Part shown: in pieces, positions 54,846-64,000 of the stretch
Layout: each line of letters opens with the position of its first letter
How positions within the stretch are numbered: the first letter of the stretch is position 1
From: Deltaproteobacteria bacterium
GTDB taxonomy: Bacteria; Desulfobacterota; DSM-4660; Desulfatiglandales; HGW-15
DNA: 64,000 bases
Reading direction: 5' to 3'
Assembly (NCBI GenBank): GCA_016930835.1
Contig: JAFGGA010000136.1
Location: 8,960-72,959 of the forward strand
The notes under the pieces: model-generated
What the model was told of the DNA's origin: nothing
The model's database searches: none
Seen by the model: only the letters and a program-made list of their open reading frames with translations
Position numbers and translations under genes: made by a program

Positions 54846-56222
54846 TTACTGCGCGGTCCTTCCCCCCGCCAATTGAGCAGCTTCGCTGTATGGGGCCGTG
54901 CTGACGGCGGATTGCCAGTACTGATTGGCCTTTGTTTTATCGTTTAATAATTCGGAATGAACATCGCCGATCTTGAGGTACATCATGGCCTGGAAACCTT
55001 TGTCCTGATTCAGGTTAATGGCCTTTTCATACTGCTGCTGGGCCAACGTGGCCAATTTTATTCTGTTACGATGTCCCTGCGGATAGTCCTTTCCGTAAAT
55101 ATAGCACAATTCGCCTTGATAGACCGTGGCCTCCAAGTTCTGCGGTTCATATTTTAACGCTCCCGCGACGGATTTATACGCCCCCTTAAAGTTACCCGCT
55201 GCATCATACGCCTTTCCATAATAGATATAAACGTCCGCTGAAGTGGGATTTTGACGCAAGATCCCTTCTAAGGTCACCAGAAGTTCCTTAAATTTAATCT
55301 CCCATTGAGCGTTTCCGGAAGTCCTGAGCTGCCTGATCGCTTCTACATTGGGATCCAGCCCCTGCAATTGGGCTCGTAATGTACTGACCGGCTGTTGGGT
55401 TTCAAGATCGGCTACCGGGGCCTTGTATTGTTGGATACTTTTAGAGGCCATTAGGACGCTCCTGACCATCTGGCCGTATTGGATGCTATCCGGGGATGAT
55501 TCTTCGATAATTCGACCTTTGGCAATGCTTTTACTGGCGTTCTCGATCTCAATCATACCTGTATCAATCTTTTCAACCTCTAAAATCTCTCCCGTCTTGG
55601 GATGTTTAATGGGGTCTCCTTCTCTATAAACAATAAATCGCATCCCGCTCTTAACGCCCACTTGTCGCCCGAGATCAATGGAAACCTCATTTGCATCTCT
55701 TTTAATAATATAACCTTCCAGAGGGAAATCTTTGATGATGATATCGGCCATCTGGATGACCAGGTCCTCAAGCCTTGTGGCTGTGCTGCTTCTAACGCTC
55801 TCAGCGGCGATGATGGAGGCACTTTCAACATCAATGATTCTGGCATTGGCTTCCATGGTATTTTGAAATTTTACAACGGAGCCGGATATGATAATCTTTA
55901 CTCCCAGTAGCTTGCCGACCTTCGCGGCACTATTCTGGTCCACCATACCGCTCATATGAAGACGTTGTTCTCCCAGGATCTTTTCCAGCAATCGTCGTTC
56001 CACCACATCAAAACGCCCATTTTTCACAAGGGCTGTGATGAGCCATTCAGCCACGACCTTCCCCATGTCCGATTCATTAAAGCCCTCACCCTGAGTTTCA
56101 AAATCGAGAATGGCTATCTTGGTCCTTTTGAACTCCGCATCTGCCGTTGCACAAAAGGTCAAGACAAAGATAAAAAGCAAGACTGCCAATAAGATTATTT
56201 TTTTCATAACTAGATACCTCAT
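54846..56222 (-). CDS. CsgG/LpoB-like periplasmic domain + TPR protein
   Basis: 458 aa. Signal peptide. IAILDFETQG...VVERRLLEKILGEQ...GVKIIISGSVVKF (CsgG-like fold pattern). Central beta-rich segment. C-terminal TPRs. Confidence 0.7.
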   Translation of the reverse strand: MRYLVMKKIILLAVLLFIFVLTFCATADAEFKRTKIAILDFETQGEGFNESDMGKVVAEWLITALVKNGRFDVVERRLLEKILGEQRLHMSGMVDQNSAAKVGKLLGVKIIISGSVVKFQNTMEANARIIDVESASIIAAESVRSSTATRLEDLVIQMADIIIKDFPLEGYIIKRDANEVSIDLGRQVGVKSGMRFIVYREGDPIKHPKTGEILEVEKIDTGMIEIENASKSIAKGRIIEESSPDSIQYGQMVRSVLMASKSIQQYKAPVADLETQQPVSTLRAQLQGLDPNVEAIRQLRTSGNAQWEIKFKELLVTLEGILRQNPTSADVYIYYGKAYDAAGNFKGAYKSVAGALKYEPQNLEATVYQGELCYIYGKDYPQGHRNRIKLATLAQQQYEKAINLNQDKGFQAMMYLKIGDVHSELLNDKTKANQYWQSAVSTAPYSEAAQLAGGRTAQ

Positions 56223-56322
56223 TCATTTTGATGAACACCTTTGATAAAAGCGGAAAAAATATTTCATTTATGGATTTATTGATAAAATCAGCGATCTGAA
56301 TATATCCTGCCGTTGGCTAGTA

Positions 56323-56865
56323 TTAGATGGATATCTGCTCCAGTAAGTTGTAACAGCCTTCCGGCGTATAAAAAGAGATATTTACTTGCTTTCCAAATGA
56401 AATAATATCACCATCATATAATATTTTTTTTTCATTAGGTGTTAATTTAACATCATTTACATAGGTTCCGTTTGTAGAATCAGCGTCAGTGATGTAATAG
56501 AATCCACTTTTGATATCCTTAGACACAAATGCGTGAAACTTGGATATCTCGGTACTATTAATAACCAGATCGCAATTGGAGGCACGTCCGATATTAATAT
56601 TCCCCGAAAAGGAATCGGTTCCTTTTTTGACCAACTTGAGTATTTTAGATGAAACAGTCCTCAGGAGGGTCTTTTTTATAAAGTTTTCAAGTTGATCAGG
56701 ATCAATCCTTTTGGTATTAAAACCGTGCTTAATCGTTTGCCCGTTACCTTGTTCCTTATTAAAGATCAGAAAAGGATGATTAAATCGTTTGACAAAATCG
56801 CTCTTGCTCAACTGCACCTGAAATTTTTTATAGTCTTGTAATGTCTCTTCTTTTTGGCTGGTCAT
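56323..56865 (-). CDS. FHA-domain protein
   Basis: 180 aa. IGRASNCDLVI...ISKFHAFV...ITDADSTNGTYVNDVKL. Confidence 0.88.
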   Translation of the reverse strand: MTSQKEETLQDYKKFQVQLSKSDFVKRFNHPFLIFNKEQGNGQTIKHGFNTKRIDPDQLENFIKKTLLRTVSSKILKLVKKGTDSFSGNINIGRASNCDLVINSTEISKFHAFVSKDIKSGFYYITDADSTNGTYVNDVKLTPNEKKILYDGDIISFGKQVNISFYTPEGCYNLLEQISI

Positions 56866-57027
56866 TGCCCTTTTTCCTCCTTAGGTAAGGAGCAATATTT
56901 GCAGAAGGCTTGCTCCTCTTTCCCTGTGAATCATGTGCTCTTTTCAGGTGCGAGAGTATATGGAATTTTCACTAGAGTGTCAAGAAACCTGGAGGTTATA
57001 CGGATAAACGGTCGAGAGACCAATGTA

Positions 57028-59235
57028 CTAGGCCAAACCATGGATGTTTTTGATCCGATTAACCATCTCTGAGAGCTCATTGGAGAGGTTTTCTAAAAAC
57101 ACCTTGGTGTTTGGTGTTTTTTTGCCATCAAAATTCGTCACCGTCCCTGCCACTTGAACGGTCACAAGAATACCGTTTATATCAAAGGGGTCTTTGTTGA
57201 TGAGTCTGAGATGCCTGCGCAGGGCCAATTTTGCCTCATCTGGTGTGGTCATGGGCAAAACAGCGACCAATTTGTTTTTCCCCAGAAGAGCAGCCATATC
57301 CGCACTTCGCAACTCGGATGTAAATCTCTGCAGCACGGACTCCAATAAGACATCATGGGTGATCGTCCCCTCCGGTGGTTTGGTTTTCGGTTTGGCGGAC
57401 ACAATTGAGAAAGATAATGTGGCGAAGGGGAGATCATAGCGCAAGGATCGGGATATTTCTTTATCCAGAAAAAACGCCAACCCGTCGGCATCCAATGCTT
57501 CATCAATTGACCATTTTTTCGCCTTTCGTTTTTGCCTATTCTCTTTTTGCTGGGCGATTTCATCAAGAATATTTTTCAGATCATTTTCATCGAGGCCTTT
57601 GGTTTGAACCTCATGACGAACCATTCTTAGGATATTCGTGAGTTCATCATTTTCACTAACGCTCTTCTCAAGAATCTGGAGTACGCTTAATTCGCCCGCC
57701 TCCCTCTTTAGCTCCGGCTCAGTCGTTGGTATGCGGCTCCACTTCTCTTTAATGGTTTCAAACAATTCATCCATTCGGCCGTTCAATCTCTCTTCCAGCC
57801 TCATGACAACTTCGTCTTTAATGTCCATTTTTTTCAGGCGCCCCAGGATTTGAGACTCAACACGGTTCATCACCTGTTGCAGATGCGCTTCACCTTCCAC
57901 ATTTTCTTCTTTAGCAATATCGAGCGTCAGTTTGGATCCGATCTTTTCCACATAATCCACCAGCAGTTCGGTCAATACCTTTTCATCACCGGCACCTTTC
58001 CGGATCTCAGCCGCCAAGAAAATCAGTTCAGCCGCTTGTACCGGATTGTTCTTCACTTCCTGTATCAATTCCAGTCCATCAAGACCCACTGTCTCCGCGC
58101 TTTGCTGGAGGATCTTGGATAACTCCTCACTCTGAATCTCGTTGGAAAGTTCCTGCACCAGTTTGAGATAATCAGCGAGCGGCATCCCCTCTTCGAGAAG
58201 GGCATCTTTGATTTTCGGCAAAAGCCGCTTAAGCTCATTGGGTTCAGGGATCAACCGTTTTAATATCTGGGCGAGGCGTACTGTTGAGATCTTACCGGAT
58301 TGATATTCAGTCTTTACCAGTTGGAGAATCACCTTGTCCGTAATCTCATTGGCCTTATCAAGAATTTCGGCCTCATTGGTATAGTCGATCCCCAAGGATT
58401 TCTGGATTTGAATACCTTTGATCAATTGCCGTTTCATGTCGAAAACGGCCTCAGCCAACGCCGGTAAATCTTCACTTCCTTGCCCGGAGAGATTTTTTTC
58501 CACTTCCTGTTCCAAGATGTTGAGCTGGTGAACAAGAATCGGGCCGTGGCTTCTATCCGGTACGCCATTTTGGTTATAGACTTTTAAATCCGCATCAATC
58601 ATCTGATCTGAGACGTTGATCGGGTTTGCCAGGACGCGCTCGACGGTCAATGTCTTTTCAAATTCTTCGGCGAGCACGCTTTCGAGGATCGAGTCCATGA
58701 ACAATTTTTTTGTCTTAGAAGAACCATCCGCGTCCCCCTCGATGGACATCTTTTTAAATGCCTCGCGCGAAATGATCTCCTCGTCGCTTGATACCTTTTT
58801 AAAGTAGACGTGATTGAGCTTAATATGGCCGACCCCCTTGGCCTCCAACGCCCTTTTCATGGCAACCACATTCGGATACTTTTTTAGCCCCGTAAATATT
58901 TCCACAAACGCAGCAAGTTCCTTTCGCTCAATACCTTGATAGAATGAGATGGATTGAATCTCGGTCTTTTTAAAATGGGCGACCATTTTACCGGTATTAA
59001 TGCGTTGGTCAACCGGTTCTTCATCTACAAAAAGCTGTTCCTGATTCATAATAAAGACAAGGGGGGAATGGGTCTTAAGGATCGTTTGGAGTATCGGTAA
59101 AAGTTCGTCAATGGCCTGAATACAGTAGGGATGATTGGCGTCATACATGGTTGAACGATTAAAAAGCAAAAGAAATGCACGGCCAAATATAAAAAGTTTT
59201 TGCGGATCGATTTTGGCTTCCGTCATGGCTTTCAC
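57028..59235 (-). CDS. Large cytoplasmic protein with coiled-coil middle and degenerate GGDEF-like C-terminal domain
   Basis: 735 aa. The C-terminal ~160 aa follow the GGDEF-domain pattern (FLDKEISRSLRYDLPFATLSFSI...LRSADMAALLGKNKLVAVLPMTTPDEA), but the GGDEF position reads GKNKL. 4-nt overlap with the upstream kinase gene. Confidence 0.6.
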   Translation of the reverse strand: MKAMTEAKIDPQKLFIFGRAFLLLFNRSTMYDANHPYCIQAIDELLPILQTILKTHSPLVFIMNQEQLFVDEEPVDQRINTGKMVAHFKKTEIQSISFYQGIERKELAAFVEIFTGLKKYPNVVAMKRALEAKGVGHIKLNHVYFKKVSSDEEIISREAFKKMSIEGDADGSSKTKKLFMDSILESVLAEEFEKTLTVERVLANPINVSDQMIDADLKVYNQNGVPDRSHGPILVHQLNILEQEVEKNLSGQGSEDLPALAEAVFDMKRQLIKGIQIQKSLGIDYTNEAEILDKANEITDKVILQLVKTEYQSGKISTVRLAQILKRLIPEPNELKRLLPKIKDALLEEGMPLADYLKLVQELSNEIQSEELSKILQQSAETVGLDGLELIQEVKNNPVQAAELIFLAAEIRKGAGDEKVLTELLVDYVEKIGSKLTLDIAKEENVEGEAHLQQVMNRVESQILGRLKKMDIKDEVVMRLEERLNGRMDELFETIKEKWSRIPTTEPELKREAGELSVLQILEKSVSENDELTNILRMVRHEVQTKGLDENDLKNILDEIAQQKENRQKRKAKKWSIDEALDADGLAFFLDKEISRSLRYDLPFATLSFSIVSAKPKTKPPEGTITHDVLLESVLQRFTSELRSADMAALLGKNKLVAVLPMTTPDEAKLALRRHLRLINKDPFDINGILVTVQVAGTVTNFDGKKTPNTKVFLENLSNELSEMVNRIKNIHGLA

Positions 59236-60134
59236 CTATCTTTTTTGGGGATGTGGCGGGCTTTATAATCTTCCAGACGCTCTAAAAATTCTCGACAAGA
59301 GGCAAATCGATTATTCGGATCAAACGATATGGCCTTCGAGACGATTTCATCCATCTCGGGATCCACCATTGGATTCATTTCAGAAGGCCTTTTCTGAAAT
59401 AGATGATCCTTTTTCTGCAATTTCAGCAATAAAAGTTCCATGGAATGCATTTTGGGTAATGGAAGATTGGCCACCAGCATTTCAAAAAGCATCACCCCGC
59501 TTGCATAGATATCCGCTCGGCCATCAACTTTTTCGTTTCGGATCTGTTCCGGGGGCATATAAATGGGTGTTCCCTGGATCATGGAGGACTCCTGGTCGAG
59601 ACCGTGTGAGACCTTTGCGATTCCGAAATCCAAAATAATGGGCCGTTTGGAATGGCTTTCAATCAAAACATTACCGGGTTTGATATCACGATGGATAATA
59701 TCTTGACTGTGGGCGTAATCAAGGGCATCAAGAACTTTGGACATGATCGAGATGCTCGCTCCAACAGGGAAAATCCGTCGGGTGGGTAATACATGTTTTT
59801 GGGCCGCTTCAATATGATGTGAAAGGGATCGTCCTTGTATCAGTTGCATGGCGAAGAATAAAAAGTCATCGGTTTCACCGACTTCATATATGGGTATGAT
59901 ATTAGGGTGTGAGAGTATGGCCGCGGCTTCCGCCTCCATCTGGAAGCGCTCCGCGGTTTCGGGTGTGATGAGGGATTTGGGTAAAATTTTTAACGCTATC
60001 TGACGTTTTAATGTCCGCTGAAAAGCAATAAACACAATAGCGGAGCCACCCCGGGCCAGTTCTTTTAAAATGGTGGCGGTACCGACTTCTTGGCCGATGA
60101 GATGCTCCAGATTCAAGTCTTCAAGAGATTTCAT
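59232..60134 (-). CDS. Soluble Ser/Thr protein kinase
   Basis: 300 aa. GGSAIVF, ALKIL, HRDIKPGN, DFGIAK, PPEQ. Confidence 0.9.
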   Translation of the reverse strand: MKSLEDLNLEHLIGQEVGTATILKELARGGSAIVFIAFQRTLKRQIALKILPKSLITPETAERFQMEAEAAAILSHPNIIPIYEVGETDDFLFFAMQLIQGRSLSHHIEAAQKHVLPTRRIFPVGASISIMSKVLDALDYAHSQDIIHRDIKPGNVLIESHSKRPIILDFGIAKVSHGLDQESSMIQGTPIYMPPEQIRNEKVDGRADIYASGVMLFEMLVANLPLPKMHSMELLLLKLQKKDHLFQKRPSEMNPMVDPEMDEIVSKAISFDPNNRFASCREFLERLEDYKARHIPKKDR

Positions 60135-60252
60135 AATATCTGTTTATTCAGGATACGGAGTTATTATCCTATCTGGCGACGATATTAATAGAATTTAAGT
60201 TCCATGTCAATTTGAATAGCCTTACCGATACAACCGCCTTTTCCCGAATTGA

Positions 60253-60404
60253 GCGATTTCCAATTGTGAAATGATCTGCCCTGAGGTCTTTAAGCTTGAT
60301 CATGAGGCTGAAAAATCAAAGTCATTAAACCCGAAGGAGGGCCTGAAGATCTCATTGAAGAAGCCATCCTGGAATGCCCCATGTCTTCTATTTATTGGGA
60401 ATAG
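60253..60404 (+). pseudogene. Small [4Fe-4S] ferredoxin remnant (5'-truncated and frameshifted)
   Basis: One frame gives AISNCEMICPEVFKLDHEAEKSKSLNPKEG; the next gives PEDLIEEAILECPMSSIYWE-stop. Together these make the C..CPEVF....(E)A...CP..AI pattern of single-cluster ferredoxins, lacking the first Cys region. Confidence 0.55.
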
Positions 60405-60629
60405 GGGCTCATCATCGGAAATAAAGCTTTTAAAGCTTGATCTTTCGGTATTAGGCTGCTAAAACAAAAATCGTGATGGTTCCTAAGGTTCTTTGTAAAA
60501 AATATAGCACTACTCTTTGATGACATGCATAAGATGCATCCCGCCTTTTGATTAACTCTATCATTTAGGCGATCATCCTATTATCGCCAATGCCATTATT
60601 CCATTTAAGTTTTCATGGCCTTAAGGTCC

Positions 60630-61023
60630 TCATTGAGAATCACCCTCCAGAGATAGCCGCTTACAGCGCCACTATACCCCCTTTCACTCTCCTTTTGATT
60701 TTTTGGTTGGAGAAGGTCAAGTTATGCCGGCGGTTGAAAAAGGGTCGGCGGGATGGATGTTGATGAAACCAAAACAATTACCTTGGAGCCAGAGGAAGCC
60801 TTTAGGCCTCGACATGAAGAGCTAGTTGTAAAGGTCCATAAAGACATCTTTCCACCGGATATTACACCTGAAATCGGATTAAGATGATTGATTCAACAGC
60901 CGGAAGGAGATCCAATGGTTGGGGTGATTACGGGCATGGATGATAATAGCATAACCCTTGATGCAAACCATCCTTTGGCAGGAGATGGGTTTTTACTGGA
61001 TATAGAACTAATCGAGATCGTTT
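60630..61023 (+). pseudogene. SlyD/FKBP-type peptidyl-prolyl isomerase, multiply frameshifted
   Basis: Fragments in different frames: LVGEGQVMPAVEKGSAG, GMDVDETKTITLEPEEAFGPRHEELVVKVHKDIFPPDITPEIGL-stop, GDPMVGVITGMDDNSITLDANHPLAGDGFLLDIELIEIV-stop (the NHPLAG motif is diagnostic). Confidence 0.7.
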
Positions 61024-61151
61024 AGGACTCCTCCATCATTTCTTGCATATATAACATGACACCACGGCGAGTACTTCTTCAGCGATCATGATGATTACGG
61101 TGATAGAGGAAACGCTTCAATAGAAAAGGGATTGTCCATTTTGGAGTTACG

Positions 61152-61820
61152 ATGCTTTGGAAAGGAACTCGAAAATCTAAAAACGGGACTGCTAAAGTAG
61201 AAATTTTTGCTTACGGTATTTATGCTCTCTATGCGCGCCATAAAGTGATAAGAGATTTAAAAAGCCTTCATTCTCCGGTCTATCACGGGTTTAGGATATG
61301 GCCGTCGAGTTGGCTTTTGATGGATTTTCTGGAACATCGGGGATTACCACAAAGTTCTCAAGTCCTGGATGTTGGGTGTGGTTGGGGGTTAGGGGGAATC
61401 TATTGCGCGAAAAATTATCATGCATCGGTAACGGCTGTTGATATTGATTCAGAGGTATTTCCCTACTTGAAATTACATGCGAAAATTAATCATGTTAAAA
61501 TCAATGTGATGGAAAAAAGATTGGAACAAATCACCGTCAATCAACTAAAGCCTTTTAATATTTTGATTGGTGCGGATATCTGTTTTTGGGATACGCTGGT
61601 AGAACCCTTGATCGGGTTGATCAATAGATCCCTGGAAGCCGGCGTTCACTCGGTGTTTATTACCGATCCTGGCCGACCTACTTTCAAAATGCTTGCGGAG
61701 CATTTCATAAAAAACGAGTATGGAGAAGTATGGGATTGGGCCGTCAAAGTTCCGCAAAAATTTAATGGACAGATTTTGAAAATTGCTTTACCGCATACTC
61801 ATTTAGTTGGTCAATCGTAA
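61152..61820 (+). CDS. Class I SAM-dependent methyltransferase
   Basis: 222 aa. VLDVGCGWGLGG motif I, AVDID motif II, LIGADICF. Confidence 0.85.
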   Translation: MLWKGTRKSKNGTAKVEIFAYGIYALYARHKVIRDLKSLHSPVYHGFRIWPSSWLLMDFLEHRGLPQSSQVLDVGCGWGLGGIYCAKNYHASVTAVDIDSEVFPYLKLHAKINHVKINVMEKRLEQITVNQLKPFNILIGADICFWDTLVEPLIGLINRSLEAGVHSVFITDPGRPTFKMLAEHFIKNEYGEVWDWAVKVPQKFNGQILKIALPHTHLVGQS

Positions 61821-61884
61821 CGGGCGATGGATTTGAGAGATATGTTAAAAAACAGAATTAATCATTTTAGTAAAGGAGAATAGA

Positions 61885-62199
61885 ATGAATATCTATGTCG
61901 GTAATCTATCATATGATGTCACTGAAGAGGATTTGAAACAGGCATTTGAGGCTTTTGGTCAGGTCGAATCGGCCAAGATCATAGTGGATATGTACAGCAA
62001 CCGGTCAAAAGGATTCGGATTCGTAGAGATGTCTAACAATTCCGAGGCGGAGTCCGCTATCCACGGTCTAAATGGAAAGGAGTTCAAAGGACGAACGCTT
62101 AATGTTAATGAGGCTCGCCCTCGCTCCGAAGGACGTCGTGGTGGGACGGGTGGTAGACGGGGAGGCGGTCGTCAAGGAGGAAGACGTAACTCCTATTAA
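61885..62199 (+). CDS. RRM-type RNA-binding protein with RGG tail
   Basis: NIYVGNLSY (RNP2), KGFGFVEM (RNP1), C-terminal GRRGGTGGRRGGGRQGGRR. AAGGAG SD. Confidence 0.92.
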   Translation: MNIYVGNLSYDVTEEDLKQAFEAFGQVESAKIIVDMYSNRSKGFGFVEMSNNSEAESAIHGLNGKEFKGRTLNVNEARPRSEGRRGGTGGRRGGGRQGGRRNSY

Positions 62200-62266
62200 G
62201 TAATGATAACTTAGCGGTAAAGCAAGGCAGTCCCGAGAACGATCATGTTGACTCAATGATCTGAGG

Positions 62267-64000
62267 CTATTTTAATAATTTCAACATTTCTTCAATATTC
62301 GTTGTAGGTGCCTTGCATGTCTGGTTTAGGCACACGTACGCCGTTGCCTGGCCGTTCATGCTTTTATATTGCTTAATGCATTCCATCAACCCATTGATAT
62401 GAGGAGAGGCGGGATTCACCGGCCTGAAAAGGACCGCTTTATTGGGGAGAAACCGTTTTTGAATCGCACGCAACATCGCCCTTGTATCTTCCATATCCGT
62501 ATCCCCAGCTATGATGATTCGATAAGCCGGCCCTTCCATGAAGTCCATTGCCGACATAAAATGGATGTATGCGGAAGGATGTTGTCTTAGGATTTCGGAA
62601 AAGGCCTTTTCGATCTCCGTTGCCTTTCCTTCTAATTCGATATCTCCAGTCAATAGGGCCAGCCAAAGCAGGTTCAACATGGCCAAAGCGTTCCCGGACG
62701 GAATCGCACCATCGTTGATCTCTTTTTTCCGAATAATCAGCTCTTCTCCGTTATCCGGTGTAAAAAAAAGCCCACCGTTAAGTTTATCCCAGAAGTGCTC
62801 GATCATATAGTCATTCAATTCAATGGCATTTTGAAGATATTCAAAATTAAACGTGACTTCATATAGTTCGATCAGACCCCATACCAGCAAGGCATAGTCA
62901 TCCAGATTGGCGATAATGCCTGCATCCCCGTCCCTATATCGATGGAAAAGGCCGCCGTCCGACCGGCGTAATCGCGTTAAAACAAAACGTGCAGCATTTT
63001 CAGCAGCCACCCGGTAGGAGCGATCACCGAAGACCTGAGCCCCCTTGGCAAGGGCGGCAATCATGAGGCCGTTCCAGTCCGTTAGGATTTTATCGTCTTT
63101 ATGGGGATGGATCCTGTTTTCACGGGCTTTGAAAAGCTTTTGCCTAGCAGCCTCGAGCCGGTCTCGAAGCTCCGAAAACGACAAATCCAGCCGGGCGGCT
63201 AATTCGGACATATCTTTCTGGAGATGAAATATGTTGGTCCCGGATCTTTCTCCGGTTGATTCATCTCGATAATTTCCATTGCTCTGGATATCGTACACCG
63301 TCATGAATAGATCAGCTTCATCATGATCAAGGGTATTTCGCAGTTCTTCATCAGTCCAGACATAGAACTTTCCCTCTTTGCCTTCACTGTCCGCATCTTC
63401 AGCCGAAAAAAAACCCCCTTGTGAAGATTTCATATCCCTTAAAACATATGTGAAGATTTCCTTGGCCGTATCTCCGTAGAACTCATCCCCGGTTGCTTGA
63501 AAGGTCTCCATGTAGGCCAAGGCCAAAAGCGCTTGGTCGTATAGCATCTTTTCAAAATGGGGGACCCGCCACTCCTTATCGGTTGCGTAGCGATGGAAAC
63601 CGAAGCCGATGTGATCATAAATACCGCCCTGTCTTATCTTATGGAGTGTCTTTTCCACCATTTGGAGGGCTTTTCGATCATTGGTGCGTTTCCAGTATCG
63701 CAGCAGAAAAAAGAGATTATGGGGCGTGGGGAATTTGGGTGCGGAACCAAAGCCGCCATACATCGTATCAAAACGTTCGGCCAGCTTATGATAAGCTTGA
63801 TGGAAAACATCTTGATCCAGCTTCGTCCTGGGATGACTTGTTTCCAGGCTATAAAGCGCTTCCAGAATCTTCTCGGTCGAGGCCTTTATCTCATCACGAC
63901 GATTTTCCCACACGTCTCGGATCCGCGGAATCAGTTCCATCATACCGATTCTTCCGAATCGTGTTTGTTTGGGAATATAGGTTGCCGCGAAAAAGGGATG
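62267..64000 (-). CDS. Thioredoxin-domain / six-hairpin glycosidase-like protein (DUF255, YyaL family), 5' end outside the window
   Basis: The reading frame stays open upstream of the track Met to the window edge (PFFAATYIPKQTRFGRIGMMELIPRI). Family-typical GGFGSAPKFP, DHIGFGFHRY, GKFYVW and FEYL motifs. Confidence 0.85.
   Translation of the reverse strand, partial: HPFFAATYIPKQTRFGRIGMMELIPRIRDVWENRRDEIKASTEKILEALYSLETSHPRTKLDQDVFHQAYHKLAERFDTMYGGFGSAPKFPTPHNLFFLLRYWKRTNDRKALQMVEKTLHKIRQGGIYDHIGFGFHRYATDKEWRVPHFEKMLYDQALLALAYMETFQATGDEFYGDTAKEIFTYVLRDMKSSQGGFFSAEDADSEGKEGKFYVWTDEELRNTLDHDEADLFMTVYDIQSNGNYRDESTGERSGTNIFHLQKDMSELAARLDLSFSELRDRLEAARQKLFKARENRIHPHKDDKILTDWNGLMIAALAKGAQVFGDRSYRVAAENAARFVLTRLRRSDGGLFHRYRDGDAGIIANLDDYALLVWGLIELYEVTFNFEYLQNAIELNDYMIEHFWDKLNGGLFFTPDNGEELIIRKKEINDGAIPSGNALAMLNLLWLALLTGDIELEGKATEIEKAFSEILRQHPSAYIHFMSAMDFMEGPAYRIIIAGDTDMEDTRAMLRAIQKRFLPNKAVLFRPVNPASPHINGLMECIKQYKSMNGQATAYVCLNQTCKAPTTNIEEMLKLLK

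Overview
64-kb chromosomal segment. Gene content (Hdr-like genes, MoeA-PBP fusion, AbfD, SucCD-like ligase, many Ser/Thr kinase, FHA and PilZ proteins) suggests a Desulfobacterota-type anaerobe; that assignment is inference. I recognise about 55 intact CDS and no rRNA, tRNA, CRISPR array, transposase or integrase. Main blocks: (1) a lexA-imuB-dnaE2 SOS mutagenesis cassette without imuA; (2) OmpA-like, tRNA-thiolation and alcohol dehydrogenase genes; (3) a c-di-GMP-I (GEMM-I) riboswitch with terminator in front of two unknown small proteins; (4) a MoeA / MoeA-PBP / ModE-MobB molybdenum cofactor cluster; (5) three separate Ser/Thr-kinase modules with PP2C, FHA, LysM, TPR, PilZ, pentapeptide-repeat, CsgG-like and FabD/FabZ-like partners; (6) a SucCD-like / FAH / GntR / AbfD block in which abfD has foreign-looking codon usage; (7) a large HExxH + PD40 + beta-barrel outer-membrane protein. 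The most unusual signals are non-genic. First, inverted arrays of tandem heptamers (TNTAMGG) bracket a four-helix-bundle (23S-rRNA-IVS-type) gene between lexA and imuB, and an empty copy of the same hairpin lies between imuB and dnaE2. Second, a dispersed repeat of roughly 70-120 bp is present in five copies and shows codon-like third-position variation. Third, a 33-bp GC-rich hairpin repeat is tandemly triplicated in frame inside dnaE2. There is also a high density of gene remnants: hdrB, flavoprotein, ferredoxin, SlyD, HDOD, UDG, YcgN-like and DUF2442-like fragments, plus a lipoprotein gene split at an A7 tract. All calls rest on reading the sequence and ORF track and on remembered family motifs; no database search was run.
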